Of a stretch of DNA of 32,000 bases, positions 7,430-16,514 are shown piece after piece. Both the position numbers and the translations under genes were made by a program. Origin of the DNA: Idiomarina loihiensis L2TR (GTDB lineage Bacteria > Pseudomonadota > Gammaproteobacteria > Enterobacterales > Alteromonadaceae); assembly GCF_000008465.1 (NCBI RefSeq), contig NC_006512.1:2310001-2342000 (forward strand), read 5' to 3'. Every line of letters starts with the position of its first letter. Position 1 is the stretch's first letter. The notes below the pieces were generated by a model. That model had not been told where the DNA came from. It saw nothing but the letters and a program-made list of their open reading frames with translations, and searched no databases.

Positions 7430-9349
7430 TTAACGATTTTTGTCGGTATCAGAGTCGTTGTCTGAGCCCAATTCTTCCTGCTGACGAAGGTAACCAGCGG
7501 CCTCTTCATCAGAAGTCTTCGACTGCGATTGCTGCAGTCTGTCCTGGTCTGTTGGAATGGCGCGGGTCTGCTCATTTAACTGATGTATCTGTGAGGCATT
7601 GCCCAAATCGCGATTACTGGTTATAGAAGCAATAGACTCGCGGTCTTTCAGGAAGTCGATAACATCCTTACGGATAGACGCCATTTCGTCATCCGATTTA
7701 TGCATTTCCAGAATATGTCGCGGATGCTCCAGATTTTTCATTCCGGTTGCAGCAAAAGTTGTCGACACAATACGTGACACGATAACCCAGGGAGTAATAC
7801 TACTGCGAACGAGCGTATTCTCTGAGCGAGTACTGTCGTGAATACCGGTACCGGTTGAAATTTTAGACTCAGTAAAGGTTCCTTCGCACTTAAAGTAAAT
7901 AAGCATGGATTCAAACTGAATTTCCGCATAAAAAAGATGCGCGATATTAGCGGCTAAACCCGCAAATGCCCGCAGGACATAGCCAATAAGATAAAAATGA
8001 ACGGCAGTCATGACTACGCCTGCTAAGGTCATTAAGTCGCTATAGGGAGTCTCTTCAGTCAGCCTATAGTTCATGCTATCAAGAAGTTTGACCACATCGA
8101 CTGCTGCATAGGCTAAGAAAAACGTAAAAACCACACCGATAATGAACAAGCTATTACCCAGCAACAAGCTGACCAAGCGCGATTTATCAAATAACCCGCC
8201 CAGTCCCATAGGTTTTACCTGAGGCTGAATTTCCTGAATCATCTCCCCGCTAAAGGCACCTTTGCCGTCAACGTGTTCCTGCAAGTTAGGATCCAATTCA
8301 CGATACACACGGTTTGGCACTTCGCGATAACGACGGTTTGCCATGACCAGATTGTCCAGGTTGATAAAAATCTCTTTAGGGTGCACCGACTCCTGCCAGT
8401 TTTCCCGTAATTCAGAGACTTCAGAAACCGGATTCGCATGAGCCAAACGTCTTTTTAGCAACACCACAGTGACAGCCGTGCAAACTAAAGCGCCAACAAA
8501 AATACCAAATAAGTACCAACCTGCATGAAAGTCCGGCAACGCTGCATAATACTGCTCAACCGTTGCCGCCGTTACGTCTGTTGCAGCCATCCACCAGCTC
8601 ACTACCAGCCCTACCACAACAGGCAATAACAAGGCGAAAGCAATAATCTTGACCAGGTCGCCGCTGCCCATAGAATCGATAGTCTGCTCCGCACCACGGG
8701 ATATCGCCTTACCAGCGGCCTTCCATACGTGCATGATGTAAAGCGTCAATAAAACAGTGTAGACAGGGAAAGCCAGCACGCCTGCATCTCCGGCAAAACC
8801 AGCCAGGGACACAAAGGCAGCAAAGCCAAACGCAACCATTGCCGTAAGAGTACGCACCCAGGCGCCTAACAGGCGTTGCGCCATATTACGAATGGGATAA
8901 GGCATAAACAGTAACTTGGGAAATACCGTGTGAGCTATTCTCGCCAGTAAGCCTTTGGGCTCTATAAAGGTGCTGTTTTTGCGGCCCATAAGCATTTCTT
9001 CCAGAGCCTGATCGTTATAAGCAACATAACGCGACTCTTCCTGAGCGGTACTACGCTCAGACTTACTATAGTTAGGGGCCAGTGACGTAGGGTGATTACG
9101 ACCAACAAAGTAACGCAGCATTGCCATAATGCCGCCGCTCAGTACTTTAATGCCGACTGCCAGAAGCGAAATACCGAAAATAGCCAGCACCCACCCCATA
9201 ATCGGATCTTGCTTTACGGAACCAGCACCTGCTACCAGCAAATATACACCAAACAGCGATTGCACAACCCCACGAATACTGGTTACCAAGCCCTCTGTTT
9301 TAAACGGATTTTTTAATCCAAGATCAATCGAACCGTAATCAAACGCCAC
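7430..9349 (-). CDS. Hypothetical polytopic inner-membrane protein (about 8 or more TM segments) with an acidic C-terminal tail
   Basis: This 639-aa ORF is long, shows no frame competition and contains multiple 20-30-aa hydrophobic segments. It has a soluble C-terminal region of about 170 aa ending in SDNDSDTDKNR. I recognise no family motif. It appears monocistronic. Confidence 0.7.
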   Translation of the reverse strand: MAFDYGSIDLGLKNPFKTEGLVTSIRGVVQSLFGVYLLVAGAGSVKQDPIMGWVLAIFGISLLAVGIKVLSGGIMAMLRYFVGRNHPTSLAPNYSKSERSTAQEESRYVAYNDQALEEMLMGRKNSTFIEPKGLLARIAHTVFPKLLFMPYPIRNMAQRLLGAWVRTLTAMVAFGFAAFVSLAGFAGDAGVLAFPVYTVLLTLYIMHVWKAAGKAISRGAEQTIDSMGSGDLVKIIAFALLLPVVVGLVVSWWMAATDVTAATVEQYYAALPDFHAGWYLFGIFVGALVCTAVTVVLLKRRLAHANPVSEVSELRENWQESVHPKEIFINLDNLVMANRRYREVPNRVYRELDPNLQEHVDGKGAFSGEMIQEIQPQVKPMGLGGLFDKSRLVSLLLGNSLFIIGVVFTFFLAYAAVDVVKLLDSMNYRLTEETPYSDLMTLAGVVMTAVHFYLIGYVLRAFAGLAANIAHLFYAEIQFESMLIYFKCEGTFTESKISTGTGIHDSTRSENTLVRSSITPWVIVSRIVSTTFAATGMKNLEHPRHILEMHKSDDEMASIRKDVIDFLKDRESIASITSNRDLGNASQIHQLNEQTRAIPTDQDRLQQSQSKTSDEEAAGYLRQQEELGSDNDSDTDKNR

Positions 9350-9517
9350 CGAACTTCCCCTACTCTATATGCCTATAAAAAATAAAGGCTTTAGGTTAGC
9401 GGTAAGTTAACTGCTGAGCAATAGAAAAATAAAAGCCTGAAAGCATTGAGCTCCATTGACATCAAGCCATGTGCGTAGCAATCTAAGCCTCTATTTTGTT
9501 ACCAAGCGGCACAGACT

Positions 9518-10006
9518 ATGAAAACCATCGTTGAGCACCTGGCACAGTATGCGGCTTATCATCGGAACCGTAAGAATGTAATGACTCATATTGTCGGTAT
9601 TCCGCTGATTGTTGTCGGCATCATTAGTTTATTATCACGGCCTGCGCTACCCTTGGACTACTTTTTGATTACCCCCGCCAACTTAGTTGTTCTGGCGGCG
9701 GTTATTTTTTATATCCGTCTGGATATCAAGTTAGGTTTGCTCATGACCATTTTGCTATGGCTGTCGCTGTCAGTTGGCCGCGACATAGCCGCATTACCAA
9801 CCAGCTTATGGCTTAGCTGGAGCATTGGTCTGTTTGTTGTCGGCTGGGTATTTCAATTTATCGGCCATTATTTTGAAGGCCGCAAACCGGCTTTCGTTGA
9901 TGATATTATGGGCTTAGCCATTGGCCCCTTATTCGTCGTAGCAGAAGTCGTATTTATGTTGGGCTTTAGAAAGGACTTAAAAGCAGCGGTGGAACAAAAA
10001 TTATGA
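9518..10006 (+). CDS. DUF962 / Mpo1-like membrane protein
   Basis: The 162-aa ORF has four hydrophobic segments and the family-typical motifs YHRNRKNVMTHIVGIP and FQFIGHYFEGRKPAFVDD. Its stop overlaps the next start (ATGA at 10003-10006). Confidence 0.8.
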   Translation: MKTIVEHLAQYAAYHRNRKNVMTHIVGIPLIVVGIISLLSRPALPLDYFLITPANLVVLAAVIFYIRLDIKLGLLMTILLWLSLSVGRDIAALPTSLWLSWSIGLFVVGWVFQFIGHYFEGRKPAFVDDIMGLAIGPLFVVAEVVFMLGFRKDLKAAVEQKL

Positions 10007-11274
10007 TGGAACTGGATTACCCGCAGTGGTTTCATGATTGGGCGGCAACCCAACCCTGGGCCTACACAATTGGAGCCTGCTTTTTCCTTGTTATAGCGGT
10101 TTGGTTGTCTCAGCTTGTGACCAAACACGTTTTACTGCGTGGTATTTCCCGTCTGCTGTCTCAAACCCAGTTAGGCAGTGACCCGGGTATAGGCATTCGC
10201 GTTATTGTCAGCCGCCTGGCTCAGGTTGTTCCTGCGTTAGTGCTGTCCGGCGGTATTTATCTGGTACCGGATTTACCGGAAACCGCCACCACCATCATAC
10301 GCAACATCAGTATTGCGTACCTCATCCTGACTCTGGCGCGTTCGTTTAGCGCGGCCATGACTAGCGTTAACGAAATATACAGTCGGCAGCCTGACGCGCA
10401 TACAAAGCCAATAAAGGGTTATCTGCAAATTGCGAAGATAGTGGTCTATGTGGTGGCGACTATTCTCATTATTGCCTCATTGCTGGACCGCTCTCCGGTT
10501 ATTCTGCTATCAGGAATTGGTGCCATGGGTGCGGTTGCCATGCTGGTATTTCAGGACACCATTCTGTCACTGGTTGCCAGTATTCAGCTCTCATCTAATG
10601 ACATGCTTCGTGTCGGCGACTGGATTGAAATGCCCCAGTTAAACGCTGACGGCGATGTCATTGATGTGGCACTGCATACGGTTAGGGTTCAAAACTGGGA
10701 TAAAACCATTACGAACATTCCCACCAAACGTCTTATTTCCGAGTCGTTTAAAAACTGGCGGGGCATGCAGGAAAGCGGTGGACGCCGTATAAAACGAGCG
10801 TTATACATTGACCAGAACAGTATTCACTTTTTGTCCGCTGAGCAGAAGAAAAAGCTGAAACGTTTCTCGCTACTTAGCGATTATCTGGAACAAAAAGAAA
10901 AAGATATATCTGAATGGAACGCGGGTCTGGAAAAGAAAGGCTTCGACCCTATAAACGGACGTCAGGTAACCAATATTGGTACCTTTCGCGCCTACGTGAA
11001 ACAGTACCTCAAGCAGCGACCCGACATACACGAAGGAATGACACTGATGGTTCGTCAGTTAAACCCGGGGCCTCAGGGTTTGCCCATTGAAGTGTACTGC
11101 TTTAGTAACGATACCGCGTGGGAAATCTACGAAGGTATTCAGTCCGACATTTTTGATCACTTGTTTGCCATACTGCCACAATTTGACTTACAGGTTTTTC
11201 AGGAAACCTCAGGGCAGGACGTTCGTTCAGCAGTACAAGCGCTGGAGCTTAAACCCAAAAGTGATGATGAATAA
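10003..11274 (+). CDS. Mechanosensitive ion channel family protein (MscS-like)
   Basis: N-terminal TM helices are followed by the MscS pore and beta-domain signature (FQDTILSLVASIQLSSNDMLRVGDWIEMPQLNADGDVIDVALHTVRVQNWDKTITNIPTKRLISESFKNW). Confidence 0.9.
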   Translation: MMELDYPQWFHDWAATQPWAYTIGACFFLVIAVWLSQLVTKHVLLRGISRLLSQTQLGSDPGIGIRVIVSRLAQVVPALVLSGGIYLVPDLPETATTIIRNISIAYLILTLARSFSAAMTSVNEIYSRQPDAHTKPIKGYLQIAKIVVYVVATILIIASLLDRSPVILLSGIGAMGAVAMLVFQDTILSLVASIQLSSNDMLRVGDWIEMPQLNADGDVIDVALHTVRVQNWDKTITNIPTKRLISESFKNWRGMQESGGRRIKRALYIDQNSIHFLSAEQKKKLKRFSLLSDYLEQKEKDISEWNAGLEKKGFDPINGRQVTNIGTFRAYVKQYLKQRPDIHEGMTLMVRQLNPGPQGLPIEVYCFSNDTAWEIYEGIQSDIFDHLFAILPQFDLQVFQETSGQDVRSAVQALELKPKSDDE

Positions 11275-11297
11275 GTTAAGACTGAACTAACACTTTA

Positions 11298-11315
11298 CTG
11301 TCATTAAGTCTTCAT
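11298..11315 (+). promoter_or_regulatory. Pho-box-like PhoB site upstream of phoD
   Basis: CTGTCAT-TAAG-TCTTCAT has a first half-site matching CTGTCAT perfectly, an 11-bp register and an AT-rich spacer. It lies 10 nt upstream of a -10-like TAATTT (11326-11331), the classical Pho-box position replacing the -35. Confidence 0.5.
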
Positions 11316-11365
11316 GTTTACGGAGTAATTTCTTTTACTCTGGGAAAAATGCATGGAGTAAAACA

Positions 11366-13060
11366 GTGAAGCAATTTAACCGACGTGACTTTTTAAAGCT
11401 ATTTGCAGCAACGGGCGCAGCAGTCACCGTATCAACCGCATTACAGGGCTGTGCAAGTGTTGGCAAAACCAGTGAGCGCAGCTCCGTCAAGTTTGACCAT
11501 GGCGTAGCCAGTGGCGATCCAACTTCAAACGCCATTTTGTTGTGGACGCGCGCCGTGCCGGAAAATACCGCAGAAAAACAAGTAACGCTGGGCTGGGAAC
11601 TGGCCGCCGATGAAAACTTTTCAAGTATCATTCGTTCTGGAACAGCCACAACAAGCGCCAGCAGAGACTACACAGTTAAAGTCGACGTTACTCAATTATC
11701 GCCAAACCAGCGTTACTACTATCGTTTTTTAGGTAAGAACAGCAAAAGCCCCTCTGGCAAAACGCAAACGCTTCCTGAATCTGGCTTAAAACCGCTGAAG
11801 TTTGCGGTTTTCTCCTGCTCTAACTACCCCGCCGGTTACTTTAACCCATACTCCGAAGCAGCAAAGGACGATTCTATTGATGCGGTCATTCATTTAGGTG
11901 ACTACATTTACGAGTATGGCGCAGGCGGTTACGCCACCCAAGGTTCGCAAGAAATTGGCCGCGGCTTACCCGACAACAATAATACAGAACTTTTTACCCT
12001 GACTGATTATCGTCGCCGCTACGCGCTTTACCGCACCGACGAAGGGTTACAGGCACTGCACGCACATGCCCCTTTTATTGCCGTGTGGGATGACCATGAA
12101 ATTAGCAATGACACCTGGAAAAACGGTGCAGAAAACCACCAGGAAGATGAAGGCAGCTTTATTGAAAGACGCGCAGCCGCGGTTCAGGCGTACTATGAGT
12201 GGCTGCCTATTCGTCCGCCACAGGGCGAAGCCAACCTCACTATTTATCGTGATTTCAAATTCGGTGACTTAGTTGATTTGATCATACTGGATACCCGCGT
12301 TATCGGACGTGATAAACAGCTGAATTATGACGACTACCGCGATGCAGAAAGCGGTCAGTTCAATACCCAAAAATTCCAGCAGGACATGTCTTCTGACCGC
12401 AGCATCATGGGCAAAAAGCAGTTACAGTGGCTGGTTAATAAACTGAATAACAGCTCAGCGCGCTGGCAAGTTTTAGGTCAACAATTGCTTATGGGGAAAA
12501 TGAACTTTCCTGCGGCCGCATTCGCGGCAGATGACCGCAGTAAAGTCACACCACTGCTGTTACAAATAGCAGAGCTTAAAAAGCGCCTGCAGAACGGCGA
12601 AGAGCTAACAGCACAGCAACAGGCAATGGTCACTCAGGTTACTCCCTATAACCTTGATGCATGGGACGGTTACCCCATTGAACGTGAAATGCTCTACCGG
12701 GCGGCGCAAAAAGCCAATAAACAACTGGTGGTTATTGCCGGTGACACTCATAACGCGTGGCACAGCGAACTGCGCAGTTCAGACGGAGCTCACATTGGGG
12801 TGGAGTTTGCCACGTCTTCGGTATCATCTCCGGGAATGGAAACTTACCTAAGTCTGGACACAAAAACTGCAGAACAGCTGGCAAAAGCACTTCCTACGCT
12901 TATAGAAGACTTAAAATATACCAACCTGCATCAGCGCGGTTATATGAACCTCTTTGCATCCGAGGACGCGGTAGAAGCGGAATGGGTATTCGTGGACACG
13001 ATTCGCAGCAAAGACTATCGGGTAGTGAATAAGCACAGAGCGCGCTATACGGGAAGTTAG
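11366..13060 (+). CDS. phoD: Alkaline phosphatase D family protein with a Tat signal
   Basis: GTG start preceded by GGAG. The N-terminus has a twin-arginine motif (NRRDFLKLFAATGAAV) and the lipobox-like QGC. PhoD metallophosphatase motifs are present (HLGDYIYEY, VWDDHEISND, GDTHNAW). Confidence 0.9.
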   Translation: MKQFNRRDFLKLFAATGAAVTVSTALQGCASVGKTSERSSVKFDHGVASGDPTSNAILLWTRAVPENTAEKQVTLGWELAADENFSSIIRSGTATTSASRDYTVKVDVTQLSPNQRYYYRFLGKNSKSPSGKTQTLPESGLKPLKFAVFSCSNYPAGYFNPYSEAAKDDSIDAVIHLGDYIYEYGAGGYATQGSQEIGRGLPDNNNTELFTLTDYRRRYALYRTDEGLQALHAHAPFIAVWDDHEISNDTWKNGAENHQEDEGSFIERRAAAVQAYYEWLPIRPPQGEANLTIYRDFKFGDLVDLIILDTRVIGRDKQLNYDDYRDAESGQFNTQKFQQDMSSDRSIMGKKQLQWLVNKLNNSSARWQVLGQQLLMGKMNFPAAAFAADDRSKVTPLLLQIAELKKRLQNGEELTAQQQAMVTQVTPYNLDAWDGYPIEREMLYRAAQKANKQLVVIAGDTHNAWHSELRSSDGAHIGVEFATSSVSSPGMETYLSLDTKTAEQLAKALPTLIEDLKYTNLHQRGYMNLFASEDAVEAEWVFVDTIRSKDYRVVNKHRARYTGS

Positions 13061-13073
13061 TTTCTAGCTCGTA

Positions 13074-13116
13074 AAATAAAAAAGGGAACCATGACACAGG
13101 TTCCCTTTTCTCGTTT
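13074..13116. terminator. Bidirectional rho-independent terminator between phoD and the TonB-dependent receptor gene
   Basis: The stem is aaagggaacc (13081-13090) / ggttcccttt (13099-13108) with an 8-nt loop. An A-run lies upstream and a T-run downstream, so it can serve both convergent genes. Confidence 0.8.
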
Positions 13117-13126
13117 TAGCACAGTT

Positions 13127-15484
13127 TTACATGCCAAACTTCTTGGTAAACTCTAAATAAAACAAACGCGGTGGACCAGAAATAAAGGTTGGGTTACCAA
13201 AGCTTCCGCCCGTATTCCCGGCATCAACCAGGTATTCTTTGTCGAATAAGTTGGTTGCTTTCAACGCCAGACTCCAGTCGGCAGAGTCATTATAAAGACC
13301 CAGCGACGCATTCACTAAAGAGACTGAATCCTGGCTAATATCGAGACCCGCTACCGGCGCATTTTCTGGCTCAAAGAACACTTCAGACCGATAGGTGCCG
13401 ACTACAGAGCCACGCAATGCGTATTGGCTGGAAAGCGCTGCTTCGTATATCACCCCAAGGCTTGAAGTCCATTCAGGCTGAAGACGGAAGCGGTTACCGG
13501 CTAAACTGCCGTTGGTGCTGTCGTCATCAATTTTGGCATCCAGGTACGCCAGGTGCCCAAACAGCTCAATGCCTGCGCCTAAATTCGCATTAATTTCAGT
13601 TTCGACACCAAAGTTCGTCGCAGAGCCTGCGTTTGCGGTGTAAAAGTTGCCCGAATCGTCCTGCAGCGTTACCTGAAAGTCTGAATAGTCCTGATAAAAC
13701 ACAGACGCAGAATAACGTACACGGTTTTCCGTTAAGTTTCCTTTAAGGCCGGTTTCATAGTTCCAGATAACTTCCGCCGGAATTAAACCAAAATCTCCCG
13801 CCGCTTCACCATCTGCATCAAGAGTCGAGCTCACATCAACAACTTCAGAGCGCCGGCCTTTTGAAATTGTAGCGAACCAATTGTTATTGTCGTTCAACTT
13901 ATAAAGAATATTAAAGCGAGGCAACCATGCGTCTGAACTGTTACTAGCAGTGAACACTTCTCCATCCGTTGAAACAGTCGGCAACAAGGTTTGTGTTGGA
14001 AGGCCCAGCAAAGGCAGCAATTGGCTGTTCGGCATGGTCGCAGCAAAGCCACTTTCACGATCTTCTGAAACATAGCGGATACCCGCAGCAACTTCGGTTT
14101 TATCGTTTAACTGGTAAGTAAAATCGACAAAAGCCGACCAGGACTCATTGTCACCAAAGTTTGTAAACTCGCCTGCGTATGGAATTTCCTGCAAAGCGCC
14201 ACCTGTTAATACCGGCGTTAACTGATTAACCGAACCATCAGCATTAATACAAGGTAAGCCACTTGGCAAAGCACCAGCACAGTTCAGGAAAATAGATTCT
14301 TCTGTGCTAAACGGCACACGTTGGCTGCCGTCTTCTGTGAAGTAATTTATGCCCCACAGCATTAAGAGGTTATCGCCGGCGTAATTAAAGCGAAACTCCT
14401 GACTGAACTGGTCACCTTCTGCATCTTCCCCAAACTCCAGGAACCATGCCTGGGTGCCGTCTGCGTCGAACACTTCCAGTGAGTCGAAGCTGCGATAACC
14501 ACTCACCGAGGTAAAGCTTAAGCGCGGGCTAATAGTCCAGTCTACGGTTAAATTAATGTCATCGACGGTTCTGTCCAGACCCAGCTTTTCACGGCCTAAT
14601 ACCGAGGCCGAGTAAGGGCTACCTGTCATTTCAACAAAACTGTAGGGGCTGGTGTCGCCGCCGGTCGGCGCGAAAATGCCATTCTTAAAGGAGGTTCCGG
14701 TATCTTCGTTTTTCTCATAGCTGTAAATTAAGTCAGCGGTCACCGCATCGCTGGGCTGAAAGCGAAGAGAACCACGCAAGGCTTGCCTGTCAATACCGTT
14801 CATGTCGTCCTGACCCGGCGCAATGTTCTCAATAAACCCGTCGCGTTCGCGGTAACTGAACGCCAGCCGTCCACTGACTAACTCGCTACCACCATTAATG
14901 AAACCACCCAGTCGTTTCTGAGATTCATTTCCTGCACCAGCGCTTAGCTCGGCGGAGAAGCCAGGCTCTGGCTTACGAGTTATGACACTAATGGCGCCAA
15001 CCGATGCAGCCGTACCAAATAACGTTGCCTGCGGGCCTTTAACCACCTCAACACGCTCTATATCAAACAGTTCAAAGTAGGAGCCACGTGAGCGTGAGAC
15101 ATCCACTCCGTTGTAATAAACCGACACCCGCGGAGATGCCTGAGCCGAACCGCTGTCCGAGGTAATGCCACGAATAACAAAACCAGGGTTGTTCGGGCTT
15201 TGTTCCTGAATAACCAAACCCGGAGTCAGATCGGAAATCATATCCAGTTCGTTTAAGCCCAGCTCGTCCAGACGGCTTCCTTCAAACGCACTGATACTGG
15301 CAGGCACATCATTAATAGACTGCACACGCTTTTGTGCAGTCACTTCAATTCGCTCAAGTTCATCTGAGGTGTCCTGTTGCGCAAAAGCAACCGGCGCACT
15401 TAACGCACAAAGCGCAGCAACAACAGAGTTTAATACTTTATTTATTGGGAACGGTAATGCCGATGTTTTCTTATAAGTAGTCAT
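13127..15484 (-). CDS. TonB-dependent outer-membrane receptor
   Basis: The 785-aa ORF has a signal peptide (AALCALSAPVAFAQQ), a TonB-box-like ERIEVTAQKR and plug motifs (VVKGPQATLFGTAASVGAISVITRKP). A long beta-barrel region follows, rich in alternating aromatic residues and glycine. Confidence 0.9.
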   Translation of the reverse strand: MTTYKKTSALPFPINKVLNSVVAALCALSAPVAFAQQDTSDELERIEVTAQKRVQSINDVPASISAFEGSRLDELGLNELDMISDLTPGLVIQEQSPNNPGFVIRGITSDSGSAQASPRVSVYYNGVDVSRSRGSYFELFDIERVEVVKGPQATLFGTAASVGAISVITRKPEPGFSAELSAGAGNESQKRLGGFINGGSELVSGRLAFSYRERDGFIENIAPGQDDMNGIDRQALRGSLRFQPSDAVTADLIYSYEKNEDTGTSFKNGIFAPTGGDTSPYSFVEMTGSPYSASVLGREKLGLDRTVDDINLTVDWTISPRLSFTSVSGYRSFDSLEVFDADGTQAWFLEFGEDAEGDQFSQEFRFNYAGDNLLMLWGINYFTEDGSQRVPFSTEESIFLNCAGALPSGLPCINADGSVNQLTPVLTGGALQEIPYAGEFTNFGDNESWSAFVDFTYQLNDKTEVAAGIRYVSEDRESGFAATMPNSQLLPLLGLPTQTLLPTVSTDGEVFTASNSSDAWLPRFNILYKLNDNNNWFATISKGRRSEVVDVSSTLDADGEAAGDFGLIPAEVIWNYETGLKGNLTENRVRYSASVFYQDYSDFQVTLQDDSGNFYTANAGSATNFGVETEINANLGAGIELFGHLAYLDAKIDDDSTNGSLAGNRFRLQPEWTSSLGVIYEAALSSQYALRGSVVGTYRSEVFFEPENAPVAGLDISQDSVSLVNASLGLYNDSADWSLALKATNLFDKEYLVDAGNTGGSFGNPTFISGPPRLFYLEFTKKFGM

Positions 15485-15547
15485 AACCCTTAAAACCTTA
15501 ATGTGAGTGGTTAACGCGTTAACGCCGGGCTAATGTACTGAGGTCAG

Positions 15548-15576
15548 TTGACGATACGATGACGAATAAATGACGC
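15548..15576 (-). promoter_or_regulatory. Pho-box-like array (three phased half-sites) upstream of the TonB-dependent receptor gene
   Basis: The minus strand reads GCGTCAT-TTAT-TCGTCAT-CGTA-TCGTCAA: three xCGTCAx heptamers at 11-bp spacing, with 5/7 matches to CTGTCAT. The array ends 10 nt upstream of a -10-like TACATT (15532-15537), the same geometry as the phoD site. Confidence 0.45.
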
Positions 15577-15674
15577 ATTTGTTGCTAATCTGTCAATTTT
15601 GTTGAGCCGCCTTATAAATACTTGTATGGTCTCTAGTCCTTTATATTTAAAAACATTAAAGCGGGTGGTATTAC

Positions 15675-16514
15675 TTGATAAAGCTTCCTCCAAAACTGGC
15701 AGTCTGCGGGCTTATTATTTTCTGCCTGACTTATTCTCATGCCTCTGCTGGTGACAACTCTTTGCAGCAAGTGTCTTTCCAGTCAGTGCTCGAACTGCCT
15801 TCCGGCAGCTCCGATAACAGCTACAGTTACGGGTCTCACCCCTCCCAGTTTATTCAGTACTGGAATGCACCAAAGCAGTCAGGCACGGCCGCAAATGTGA
15901 TTTTTATTCACGGTGGTTGCTGGCTAAAAGAATACGATATTACTCACACCAACCCGGCAAGCAGCGCAATGAGAAAAGCGGGTTTTAATGTCTGGTCTGT
16001 TGAATATCGCCGTTTGGGCGAGCAAGGCGGAGAGTGGCCAGCGAGTCTCAATGACGTGAAAACCGCAATTCGCTTTATACAGCAAAAGCTCAATAACCAG
16101 CCGGTAGCGGTTATGGGCCACTCTGCCGGTGGACACCTCGCACTTCTGGCTACCACCCGGAATACGCCCTCGGCTGAAAGTATAAACGCAGTTATTGGTC
16201 TGGCCGCCATTACTAATATGGTCAGTTACACTCAGGCGCAAGGCAGTTGTAACCGCGCCGCCAGCAACTTAATGAAAACAGCTTACACCAGCGAAGAAGA
16301 CTATCGTGCTGCCAGCCCAACAGCACAAAAGCTCCACGCCAACACTTGGCTGATGCAGGGTACCAAAGACAAAATTGTCCCCATGAGCCAAACCGCTGAT
16401 ATCAACGTAAAAAAAGAACAACTAGAAGGCGCAGGTCATTTTGATTTGATACACCCGAATTCCTCCGCGTGGGAAGCCATTATTCAGCGACTGAACAAAG
16501 AGCTAAAACCATGA
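15675..16514 (+). CDS. Alpha/beta hydrolase, possible arylformamidase (kynurenine formamidase-like), with an N-terminal signal-peptide-like segment
   Basis: TTG start preceded by GGGTGG. HGGCW (oxyanion region) and the GHSAGGHL nucleophile elbow are present. The N-terminus KLAVCGLIIFCLTYSHASAG looks like a signal peptide. The stop overlaps the kynureninase start (ATGA at 16511-16514). Confidence 0.7.
   Translation: MIKLPPKLAVCGLIIFCLTYSHASAGDNSLQQVSFQSVLELPSGSSDNSYSYGSHPSQFIQYWNAPKQSGTAANVIFIHGGCWLKEYDITHTNPASSAMRKAGFNVWSVEYRRLGEQGGEWPASLNDVKTAIRFIQQKLNNQPVAVMGHSAGGHLALLATTRNTPSAESINAVIGLAAITNMVSYTQAQGSCNRAASNLMKTAYTSEEDYRAASPTAQKLHANTWLMQGTKDKIVPMSQTADINVKKEQLEGAGHFDLIHPNSSAWEAIIQRLNKELKP

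Noticed and set aside
7375-7626. 83-aa plus-strand ORF spanning the MCP promoter region and the 3' end of the membrane-protein gene.
   Set aside because: It overlaps a terminator-like hairpin and a convergent long ORF, and it has no SD or motif.
9456-9485. Possible sigma-70 promoter for the DUF962 gene (perfect TTGACA at 9456-9461).
   Set aside because: I found no convincing -10 hexamer at 16-19 nt spacing, so I did not report it as a feature.
16469-16510. Upstream extension of the kynureninase ORF (start at 16469).
   Set aside because: It would overlap the hydrolase gene by 46 nt. The ATG at 16511 forms a classic ATGA coupling and gives a typical kynureninase N-terminus.
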